The notes under the pieces were generated by a model. That model searched no databases. It saw only the letters and a program-made list of their open reading frames with translations, and was not told where the DNA came from. This document shows, piece by piece, positions 1 to 8,150 of a stretch of 64,000 nt of DNA (position 1 is its first letter; each line of letters starts with the position of its first letter). The stretch covers positions 227-64,226 of the forward strand of contig RDNZ01000003.1 of assembly GCA_011364905.1 (NCBI GenBank), given 5' to 3'. This DNA comes from Candidatus Thorarchaeota archaeon (lineage in GTDB: Archaea > Asgardarchaeota > Thorarchaeia > Thorarchaeales > Thorarchaeaceae). The translations under genes and the position numbers were made by a program.

Positions 1-768
1 TCTCTGCTTCACGCAAGTCATTTGACCAGATTCGTGGATGATAGTGTCTTCCAAGATTGCTTTTGCTGGACACTTCTTTATGCAGAAACCGCATGTACTG
101 CAATAATCCGAAATCCAACCATGCTCATTTGAATTTGAAAGCGGGAGGTTCTCAATAGGAGTATAGACAGCAGCCAAACGAACTCGTGGACCAAATTCAG
201 GCGTGATCAAGAGCCCATGTCTTCCTACCCAGCCAATCCCAGCTCTCTGAGCAAGTGGTGGAAACAGCACCAGTCCTCCGAGGGGATGGTCAGCTTGCGC
301 AGCATACCCATGGATTCTAAGGAATTCGGCAATTTTGTTAGCAGCTTTTCCCAGGTCATCATAAGTCCCAAAGACCATGTTCAGGGTCTCCTGACTGGGA
401 GCTTGATCAAGCTTCTCCTTGCTCATCTCCATGGTCAACACAATTGCATTGTCATACAACACGCCAACCTTTTGGAAGATAAGATCATGTGGGAGTTTGA
501 CGAACGCGATATTACCTACACCCAAGGACGTAGCGAATTCCTTGAGTTGCGTTAAGAACTCCTCTGTTATCTCTCTCTTTGTGTGTGGAGGATTCTCTGC
601 TATTGAATCAACAGAGAGATGGATGTTCTTCATGTTTGAGAGTAATCGGCGTAAGGGAAAGATTTGCTGCATCTCGATATCATTACGTTCCTGAATCAGT
701 TTCATGGCTTCAAGAGGAATTTCGAATCTAGTAGGAGAAAAGGCGGTCGGATGTATTATCCCAGGCAT
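1..768 (-). CDS. RdhA/QueG-superfamily (reductive dehalogenase / epoxyqueuosine reductase-like) Fe-S protein; the 3' end runs off the window
   Basis: Absent from the ORF track because there is no stop in the window. The reverse frame opens at ATG 768-766 and stays open to base 1 (256 codons): MPGIIHPTAF...GIGWVGRHGLLITPEFGPRVRLAAVYT...DYCSTCGFCIKKCPAKAI. The GxGxxGRxGLLITPxFGxRxRL block followed by CxxCxxCxxxCP is the family signature. Confidence 0.6.
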   Translation of the reverse strand, partial: MPGIIHPTAFSPTRFEIPLEAMKLIQERNDIEMQQIFPLRRLLSNMKNIHLSVDSIAENPPHTKREITEEFLTQLKEFATSLGVGNIAFVKLPHDLIFQKVGVLYDNAIVLTMEMSKEKLDQAPSQETLNMVFGTYDDLGKAANKIAEFLRIHGYAAQADHPLGGLVLFPPLAQRAGIGWVGRHGLLITPEFGPRVRLAAVYTPIENLPLSNSNEHGWISDYCSTCGFCIKKCPAKAILEDTIIHESGQMTCVKQR

Positions 769-1129
769 CTCGCTTAGAGACCTCTGTTTTTCAAGTATTT
801 TGCGGACTCTTGGTAAGCCGAATCTTCCAAGGAAGAGCTTCATTATCCTGAACTTGAGTCCCATAGCGTTTTGCACCTAGTCGATTATTCAAGTCAATTC
901 GGTCTAATAAATCCTCAATTGATTTTTGGTAATAGTAGACTTTGTCCTGTAATGAATAGGTATTAGGAAACAGCATCCTGCCTCTTCGTAAAGTCTGATT
1001 ACAGTATCAATCATAGTTTGATTCCCGAGTGTGCCCACTCTTTCTCTCAAGTACAGCTATGTGGACTATTTGATATTTGAACTGAGAGATAATCCGGAAC
1101 TTTGTTTTAAGCGACTATTCAAATGCAAT

Positions 1130-2851
1130 CTAATTTCTTAGAGGTATGAAATCATCAAGTAAATCCATCACATATCCGCGTTCAGGCTCTTCCAGATCAG
1201 ACTCAACAAGGTCTATCACACTCTGTGTGGTAATCTTCTCCTTCAAGTAAGATATTCGTAAGTCGTCCATATCCGCGTCAAGAACGATTATTCTATCGAG
1301 TTCTTTAGAGTTGTCCCAGACAGGCCAAACAGGCACGTCTTCATTGTTGGGATTTCCCGTCCTGGCGAAGTTGGCTAGATACTTCATGCATAGGTTCGTC
1401 AATTTCTCTCTTCCAGGTTGGTTCTGTTTGCTATGTGTCTTTCCTATCAGCATGGCCATATCTGACTCGCCCATTCCTAGAAAGAAGGGGACTTCTGAAC
1501 CATGATGAGCACCCAACTCCCGACCCTTCTTTCCGGAAAGGACACTGTTTCCCTTTTCATCCATGCTTCCCCAGTCGAACCTGTATACATAGACATGCAC
1601 ATCGCTACGAGACGTCATCTTGCTCACTACTTCATCGACACCATTTGCACGCCATAGCATGGAATGGTATTTCCAGACCAAATCGTATTTTCTTGTGTTT
1701 AATGGTGGATCCTTTCTGAACCGTCCAAAGAGCTTCATCTCTTCCTTTGTGCAGCCAATAATCACTGGGACTTTGTTTGCCCACTTTCCAGTTGAGAAGG
1801 TATCATAGCCCTCTTTTGGTATAACACTTCCATCAGTGAATATGGTGCGCCAATCTGCCATCCCAAAATCCCTAGCGGGGATGTTCTTCGTTATCGTATA
1901 GGCTGACTTCGATCTGAGGTATGCATCGATTTCATCATCCTGCATCCTGCTGATAACCAGTCGAGCTTGGGTTTCGTCCTCAGCTTTACGGTCCTTCACT
2001 AATAGAGTTGCTAGAAGCTGGTCGCTTTGGGCTTTTGCTACCTCTGGACTCCAGATGAAAGACAAACCACTTTCAACAACGCCTCGGTGGAATAGCCCCT
2101 CTGCTGACGGAGAAACCAAGAGTGACAGTACATTAAAGGCTCCACCAGATTCACCTGCGACAGTTACATTGTTTGGGTCTCCGCCGAAGGCTTCGATGTT
2201 GTCCCTTACCCACTCTAAGGACTTCACTAGGTCAAGAGTCCCATAGTTCCCGCTCTGGTCCTCGGGCGAGCCACTGCTTGTCACTGCTGGGTGAATGAAC
2301 CATCCCATCGCACCAAGACGGTAGTTGACAGAAACGTAGAGCATGTTCGACCTTTCTGCAACAGCATTACCATAATAGGAAGATGTAGCAGAAGACCCAA
2401 TGGAATTCCCTCCACCATGGATGTAAAGATAGACCGGAAGATCTGTTTCTAAACTCTTGGGACGCCAGATGTTGAGGTAAAGACAGTCTTCTGAACCTGA
2501 TGGACCAAGAAAGAGCATTACCTGCGCAGCGGAATTACCGAATTTTCTTGTCTTGCGAGTACCAAGCCACGGAACAGGATCAAGAGGTGCCTTCCATCGC
2601 AGATCTCCAACTGGTGGTGTTGCGTATGGGACACCCTTCCAGCTCCATGTGCCTTTGTCCGAATGTCCCACTACTGTGCCGTATTTTGTTTGCACAGTGG
2701 CGTCGTTTTTCCAAACACCAAGTTCGTAAGTATGATTAGAGGGCTTTGGTGCGAATCTACGTCTTATGGGCAGAGAAACCCTTCTCTTCACTGAGATACC
2801 CAGTCTGATAAATGGTGAGAATACGTAGGCAAGTTTCATCAATAGTGACAT
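1130..2851 (-). CDS. Type-B carboxylesterase/lipase family protein with an N-terminal hydrophobic anchor
   Basis: 573 aa. Carries the conserved EDCLYLNIW block, the nucleophile elbow GESGGA and an oxyanion-region HGGG. Confidence 0.85.
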   Translation of the reverse strand: MSLLMKLAYVFSPFIRLGISVKRRVSLPIRRRFAPKPSNHTYELGVWKNDATVQTKYGTVVGHSDKGTWSWKGVPYATPPVGDLRWKAPLDPVPWLGTRKTRKFGNSAAQVMLFLGPSGSEDCLYLNIWRPKSLETDLPVYLYIHGGGNSIGSSATSSYYGNAVAERSNMLYVSVNYRLGAMGWFIHPAVTSSGSPEDQSGNYGTLDLVKSLEWVRDNIEAFGGDPNNVTVAGESGGAFNVLSLLVSPSAEGLFHRGVVESGLSFIWSPEVAKAQSDQLLATLLVKDRKAEDETQARLVISRMQDDEIDAYLRSKSAYTITKNIPARDFGMADWRTIFTDGSVIPKEGYDTFSTGKWANKVPVIIGCTKEEMKLFGRFRKDPPLNTRKYDLVWKYHSMLWRANGVDEVVSKMTSRSDVHVYVYRFDWGSMDEKGNSVLSGKKGRELGAHHGSEVPFFLGMGESDMAMLIGKTHSKQNQPGREKLTNLCMKYLANFARTGNPNNEDVPVWPVWDNSKELDRIIVLDADMDDLRISYLKEKITTQSVIDLVESDLEEPERGYVMDLLDDFIPLRN

Positions 2852-2945
2852 ATCTGCGCCTCAGGAAACAGGTTGTTCGGTAACCAAGAGTGCATAAACT
2901 CCCTGATATTTGTGTTTCCTAGCCCGCGGGAAGCTGTGGGCAGTT

Positions 2946-4988
2946 CTAAGAATAGACCTTATTCTGATTGAATACCAAGCTCTTTACAGTCACTGGAAAC
3001 GACTGAGTGGATTTTAGAGGAGCTCCTATATCGATCCAATCACCGGCTTCTAGTTGCAGCTCGTCAAGTACCAATATATTGTTCTTAATCGAGGTTCCGT
3101 CACGAATGGCTAGTCCCAGTCTCTTTGCAAGATCATACCCAAAAATCAGGATGATTAGTTTTTTTTTGTATACAGAAGTTGGCAGTGCCTTTTCTATTGC
3201 CTTGGCAAACGGTGTTAGCCACTCATCGCCAATGTAGATCCTAGACACGATCAAGTCCCTGAAATAAAGGGCGACCATATCCTCGCCCTCCACCATATCG
3301 AAAGTCGTGAAAGATTTCCCGATTTCTTCAACTAGTCTGTCAGGTGTGAATTCATCATCCCCTAAGTTGACAGGGAGAACGGGCACATTCATGACGGGAA
3401 GGTCAATTTCTTTGTCGAAGAAAGTTGTTGACCCTGAAACTGAAAGCGAAAATGCTCCCGCTCCAATGACGGTGGCTCGAATCTTATTCTTGGGTTCGAC
3501 AACTGTCAATCCTATGGTTTCGATTAGTGATCTGATTTCCTGAGCTAGCATCAGCCCTATGTCATCGAATGCCTCATCACTTCCAAAGAACAACTCAGCG
3601 ACACCACCTGAGAAGGAGTAAGCATCTATGGGTCGCGAGAAATCGAGGTCAGCTGTCATCATCAGTTCTTTGGCAACTCTGCTCCGTGCTGGGCCCTGCA
3701 TTACCTCGATCAGTGTCTTGGCATATTCTCTGGCAATGGTCCTTGCGTCCTTCTCAGGAATAGTATCACCAATCTTGTAACTCATCCCAAGCTCATTCAT
3801 GAGAAACTGAGTTGGTCCATCAATCCTCCAGATCAGGAAGTTTTCGTCGATTCCGAGTAAGCGCCCGCCAACGTTGATACAGCTCGTGCCAAGGACCTGA
3901 CCCCTGGAAACAATAGCTAAGTTACTTGTTCCGCCGCCAATATCGACATGTAGAAGCGTTTTCTGACTACTGAGTGATTGTTCAACAATTCCACTTCCCA
4001 TCGCACTCAGAAGTGATTCTAGATTGGGACCTGCAGCAGCACTTACGAATTTTCCAGATTCAGAAGAAAGACGATTGACAATTTCTTCTGCATTTTTCTT
4101 CTTTGCAGTTTCTCCAGTTACAATAACAGCTCCTGTTTCCACCATCTCTGGAGTCATTCCAGCTTTCTTATACTCCTCTTTGCAGAAGTGAACAACGGCA
4201 TCAACATCGATGTTAAGGCGGTCAAGTAGAGGTGTGAAAATTATCGAGCCCTCATAAAGGATCTCTCGATTCACAAGGTTGAAACGATTTGTCATGTTGA
4301 ATAGGCTTGTTTCTCGTTTTAGAGTGAGTCGTGAGAAGATGAGATGGGAAGTGGATGATCCAATATCAATTCCAACACTTGTTACTTTCAAGTACTCGAT
4401 ATTGTCAGCTGGGAGGTAACCCATAAGCAGTTCTATTGGTTCAATTGGCGTATCTTCTTTTGTTTCTTCTACCATGACCTTCTTCTGTTTTCTAGAGATT
4501 CGAATCTTAACTGGCTGATCACAATGGACTGGTAGTTGCACCTCTTCCTCTGAATTCAGAATCTCCATCTTCTTCTCATGCGGTACATCTATGACCTGTT
4601 CACAGACTACGCAGTAGAATTCCACATTGATCGATTGATCGCTTCCTGGCATAACCGGTCCCTTACTGGGAGTGGCGGGTTTTGTCATTCTCCGATGAGC
4701 TCCTTCCCATGGAGCCTTAAGCATGGACTGGACCATTGTCATGAGAATATCATACTCTTCACATGGTTCTAACACATACGATAATGCAGGTTTGAAAGAA
4801 ACAATGAGGTTTCTCATTCCCTCCACTTCAGATGAATTTTCCCGCCCATATTTCTCTACAAGGCTTGTATATTCTTCTTCGAATGATTTGCTCCACTCCC
4901 CAGACCTTTCAGGAAACTGTTTCTCAAAGAAGGTCCCTACAACACCAACAATATGTTGTTTCATATTCCTGACTCTATCTTCGTTCAT
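2946..4988 (-). CDS. EutA / glutamate-mutase-MutL-like ASKHA-fold ATPase (reactivase family) with an N-terminal extension of about 190 aa
   Basis: 680 aa. Two actin-fold phosphate motifs (GIDIGSSTSHL and VDIGGGTSNL) lie in EutA-like spacing. The N-terminal part contains CVVC...HC, a possible small zinc ribbon. Confidence 0.55.
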   Translation of the reverse strand: MNEDRVRNMKQHIVGVVGTFFEKQFPERSGEWSKSFEEEYTSLVEKYGRENSSEVEGMRNLIVSFKPALSYVLEPCEEYDILMTMVQSMLKAPWEGAHRRMTKPATPSKGPVMPGSDQSINVEFYCVVCEQVIDVPHEKKMEILNSEEEVQLPVHCDQPVKIRISRKQKKVMVEETKEDTPIEPIELLMGYLPADNIEYLKVTSVGIDIGSSTSHLIFSRLTLKRETSLFNMTNRFNLVNREILYEGSIIFTPLLDRLNIDVDAVVHFCKEEYKKAGMTPEMVETGAVIVTGETAKKKNAEEIVNRLSSESGKFVSAAAGPNLESLLSAMGSGIVEQSLSSQKTLLHVDIGGGTSNLAIVSRGQVLGTSCINVGGRLLGIDENFLIWRIDGPTQFLMNELGMSYKIGDTIPEKDARTIAREYAKTLIEVMQGPARSRVAKELMMTADLDFSRPIDAYSFSGGVAELFFGSDEAFDDIGLMLAQEIRSLIETIGLTVVEPKNKIRATVIGAGAFSLSVSGSTTFFDKEIDLPVMNVPVLPVNLGDDEFTPDRLVEEIGKSFTTFDMVEGEDMVALYFRDLIVSRIYIGDEWLTPFAKAIEKALPTSVYKKKLIILIFGYDLAKRLGLAIRDGTSIKNNILVLDELQLEAGDWIDIGAPLKSTQSFPVTVKSLVFNQNKVYS

Positions 4989-5048
4989 GGTGGTTCATCC
5001 ACTCACTACGCGTAAAGAATCTGACACATTTTTTGTTTTTAAAGAATA

Positions 5049-5068
5049 TGTTTATATATTAAATAATA
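5049..5068 (+). promoter_or_regulatory. Candidate archaeal TATA box for the 5081 gene (short or no leader)
   Basis: TGTTTATATATTAAATAATA lies 13-32 nt upstream of ATG 5081, in the 92-nt divergent gap between the 4988 (-) and 5081 (+) starts. Confidence 0.3.
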
Positions 5069-5080
5069 CATTATTGTATT

Positions 5081-5440
5081 ATGCCGAGAAAGAAGCAGAG
5101 ACGCACCCTTCAGGAACGAGTAGAGTCCATCTTCAAATTCATTGAAATGCAGTCTGAGCCATTCCCGAAATCCGAGTTCCAGCGGATCGGTTTCAATCCT
5201 ACAACCGCAGAGAGTTGGGTCCATCTTATCGAATACATTCAGAGCCAACCTATGATTAAAGTCACAAAAATGGGAGCATCGACATATATCGAAAAGATTG
5301 AGAACAGATACCTAAGCATGATGAGAAAACGAATTCTCAATCCAAAGCTGTCATTGAAAGAGAGAAATGATGCCATGAGGGATTACATCAACGCGCTCAT
5401 GACATTGGAAACGATCGAAGACGGTAGAATCAAGAAATGA
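5081..5440 (+). CDS. Hypothetical small basic protein, possibly a winged-helix DNA-binding protein
   Basis: 119 aa with a basic N-terminus (MPRKKQRRT). The region is clean of better ORFs. The downstream gene starts 2 nt after its stop. Confidence 0.4.
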   Translation: MPRKKQRRTLQERVESIFKFIEMQSEPFPKSEFQRIGFNPTTAESWVHLIEYIQSQPMIKVTKMGASTYIEKIENRYLSMMRKRILNPKLSLKERNDAMRDYINALMTLETIEDGRIKK

Positions 5441-5441
5441 A

Positions 5442-5735
5442 GTGATACAGTGGATACATAAGCCAGAACAGGTTAGACCAGTAGAGGGAGGATTGACATA
5501 CTCATTGACACCAAAGAAGAAGAAGCCCTCAACATTGTCTCGGGTCTGTGGAATGTTGGTTGCACTGGTATTCGTTGTTGTTGCGGTCTATATTGGACTC
5601 AATGCTCAACAAATGGGGTATCAACTGATTATGTATTTCGCCTTTGGAATAGCTGCACTGTGTGTGCTGTTGTGCATCGGAATCGGAACAGGGAAGGTTA
5701 CGCCATCGACCTATATGGGGACACTTGACATGTGA
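5442..5735 (+). CDS. Hypothetical small membrane protein (2 TM)
   Basis: 97 aa with two long hydrophobic helices. The GTG start sits directly after the upstream stop. Confidence 0.4.
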   Translation: MIQWIHKPEQVRPVEGGLTYSLTPKKKKPSTLSRVCGMLVALVFVVVAVYIGLNAQQMGYQLIMYFAFGIAALCVLLCIGIGTGKVTPSTYMGTLDM

Positions 5736-5783
5736 CCTGATTCTACAAGTAAGTGAAAAAAAAGCAAGTAGCTGAGACGGAAA

Positions 5784-6698
5784 ATGAAAGCAGCTGTAGT
5801 TGAAAAATACGGATCACCTGAAGGACTTAGAATAAGGGAGGTAGAAACTCCAATGCCAAAGGATAACGAGCTTCTAGTGAAGATTAATGCAACAACAGTG
5901 ACATATGGGGATGCAGCCCTTCGAAGAATGAAATTCCCCTCTAGAATTGTGTTTGGTCTCTTTTTGGGCGGACTCGGAAAGAACAAGATTTTGGGCCATG
6001 AGCTCGCAGGAGAGGTTGAGACTGTAGGTGACCAAGTGACTCTTTTCAAAGAAGGCGATCAAGTCTTTGCATCCACCGGTATGACTGGTGGTGCTCATGC
6101 TGAATACATTTGTCTACCTGAGGACGCGATGATAACAGGCAAACCTGCCAATATGACTTTTGAGGACGCCGCAGCTGTTCCTGTAGGTGGAAACACAGCT
6201 CTACACATTCTTAGAAAGGCTAACATACAGAGTGGACACAAAGTTCTCATCTATGGAGCTTCCGGCTCCGTAGGAACGTATGCAGTCCAGCTTGCAAAGT
6301 ACTGGGGCGCCGAAGTGACTGGTGTTTGCAGCACATCGAATCTGGAGTGGGTAAGAGACCTAGGGGCCGACAAGATGATTGATTACAAAACAGAGGACTT
6401 CACTGCGATCGGTGAAACATATGATGTCATCTTTGATGCAGTGAGAAAAATCTCTTCATCGCAATGCAAAGGACTGCTGAAGGAGAACGGTGTTTTTCTT
6501 TCCACTCGCTCTCCCACAGATGAGAAGGCGGAGAATCTAGTGTTTCTCAGAGGACTGATTGAAGAAGGAAAACTCAAGTCAGTAATCGATAGACGCTATC
6601 CGCTAGAGAATATTGTCGATGCTCATTTCTATGTTGATCAGGGGCACAAAAAGGGAAACATAGTGATAGTTGTGAACCCTGATAGCAAAGTTGTGTAG
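5784..6698 (+). CDS. Medium-chain dehydrogenase/reductase (NADPH:quinone oxidoreductase-like)
   Basis: 304 aa. GHELAGEV, a GASGSVG Rossmann loop and an MDR fold order, with no structural-zinc Cys cluster. Confidence 0.8.
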   Translation: MKAAVVEKYGSPEGLRIREVETPMPKDNELLVKINATTVTYGDAALRRMKFPSRIVFGLFLGGLGKNKILGHELAGEVETVGDQVTLFKEGDQVFASTGMTGGAHAEYICLPEDAMITGKPANMTFEDAAAVPVGGNTALHILRKANIQSGHKVLIYGASGSVGTYAVQLAKYWGAEVTGVCSTSNLEWVRDLGADKMIDYKTEDFTAIGETYDVIFDAVRKISSSQCKGLLKENGVFLSTRSPTDEKAENLVFLRGLIEEGKLKSVIDRRYPLENIVDAHFYVDQGHKKGNIVIVVNPDSKVV

Positions 6699-6710
6699 TC
6701 TCTTTACGCA

Positions 6711-8066
6711 TCATTGTTCTGATGCAATGTCACTCGGTTCAAGAATTCCTGCTCCGATTGGAGGGCTTTGACCAGTTATCAAACCGCTCCATGCATTCCT
6801 GAACACATTGACGATACTTCTTGAAAAGCTGCTCTCGCGTGGATATCGAAATGCAGTCAACAACAGCCATAGATAAAACACGAGTGTTGGTACAACTTTT
6901 GAGCTATGGTAGAGAATCTGCCAGACCGGGGCCCAGGTTATTGGTTGGACACTGGGACCTGCGCCCGCAAGAAAAGCGACAATCGGTAACATTGGCAGAC
7001 TCATCACTATTGCCAGTACAATGGGAATCCATCTTACTTTGTCTTCAGGTTTTCCTCGAATCCAAGCAAGGACAAGCAGGGGTAGAACGAACGTGTAATG
7101 ATGTTCCCAGACATCAGTCATTATGAAGAAGTAAGTCAAAGACAGCAAGCTTGCGCATGACCACACATCTCGCGAGTACAATGTGGCGATAGCAGCCAAC
7201 AAAACGAAGATGCCGATAAGCAACCCGGTTATTGCATGAAAATCGTTGGTAGACTGGCCAATCAAGTAGAAAATCAACATCTTCAGGGAATGACTCCCTA
7301 CATACGGGTAAATGTACATTGAACGTGCAGTATTGAAGTCCAGGAAGAATCTAAGTGACTCTAGACCAGAAGGTACAACCAAAATTGCTGCTACAGTCAC
7401 TATAGCTGCTGCCAACACTGTACGCGCCTTCCCTGCGCCCAACAGTGCTGGAATAGTGAAGAAAGGAATAAGTTTTGCAAGTGCTCCTGTTGTCCAAAAG
7501 ACTGTCATTCCGCCTTTTGTTTTCCGCCCGTCCACAAACGAGGACGATGTCAGTGCAAAAAACATCAAGATTGCAGCAAAGAGGGTCACTTGTCCGAGAT
7601 AAAATTCAATGTATATGGGGGTGAATACGAACCACATTCCCATGGCGATTCGTCCCTCCCAATCGGGTCGGCTCAGCGATTTGGCGAGCGAGTGAGTCCG
7701 TAAAGCAGCCAACCATACGAAAACGATTAGAGCTCCAACCCATAGCCAGTATGCAAGAACGGGCGGTGCTAGATTGATAACAGTCCCAAACGAGTAGGCG
7801 AAGTAAGGCAGGTATCTATAGGGGTAGAGATAGGGGACCGCTAAGGGATCTGGAATGATATAGCAGTTAAGCCCGTTCAAAACATTATGTCCTGCTTGAT
7901 AATAGGAAAAGAAGTCTGCTCCTTGACCAACCAGGTACTGCGTATCATAGAAGAGCCAGTTCAACATCCCTGTCTGCAACGATATGATGAATGTAATGTG
8001 GATGGCAATTGTAACCGTAAGAAAGCCCCAACTAGTCCATCGCTGCATCCATCCTTCCATGGGCAA
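6711..8066 (-). CDS. Polytopic GT-C-type glycosyltransferase-like membrane protein (DUF2029/GT87-like)
   Basis: 451 aa with more than 10 predicted TM helices. The N-terminal loop GADFFSYYQAGHNVLNGLNCY resembles the DxxxY...G...Y loop of the mannosyltransferase-like DUF2029 family (recognised from memory). Confidence 0.5.
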   Translation of the reverse strand: MPMEGWMQRWTSWGFLTVTIAIHITFIISLQTGMLNWLFYDTQYLVGQGADFFSYYQAGHNVLNGLNCYIIPDPLAVPYLYPYRYLPYFAYSFGTVINLAPPVLAYWLWVGALIVFVWLAALRTHSLAKSLSRPDWEGRIAMGMWFVFTPIYIEFYLGQVTLFAAILMFFALTSSSFVDGRKTKGGMTVFWTTGALAKLIPFFTIPALLGAGKARTVLAAAIVTVAAILVVPSGLESLRFFLDFNTARSMYIYPYVGSHSLKMLIFYLIGQSTNDFHAITGLLIGIFVLLAAIATLYSRDVWSCASLLSLTYFFIMTDVWEHHYTFVLPLLVLAWIRGKPEDKVRWIPIVLAIVMSLPMLPIVAFLAGAGPSVQPITWAPVWQILYHSSKVVPTLVFYLWLLLTAFRYPRESSFSRSIVNVFRNAWSGLITGQSPPIGAGILEPSDIASEQ

Positions 8067-8150
8067 CGCAGAGAAGTCATTTCTTAAGGGTTTTACTACC
8101 TTAAATTGCTACTCTATAATGATCACGATTCAATACTATCATCTGGTCGG

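Noticed and set aside
217-555. Plus-strand 112-aa ORF (and the 419-694 ORF) from the track
   Set aside because: It is antisense to a longer minus-strand frame with clear RdhA/QueG and ferredoxin motifs. It has no recognisable motifs of its own.
791-976. 61-aa minus-strand ORF between the RdhA-like gene and the esterase
   Set aside because: It could be a real small protein, since it is on the same strand as its neighbours. But it has no motif, no hydrophobic segment and no visible ribosome-binding site, so I left it uncalled.
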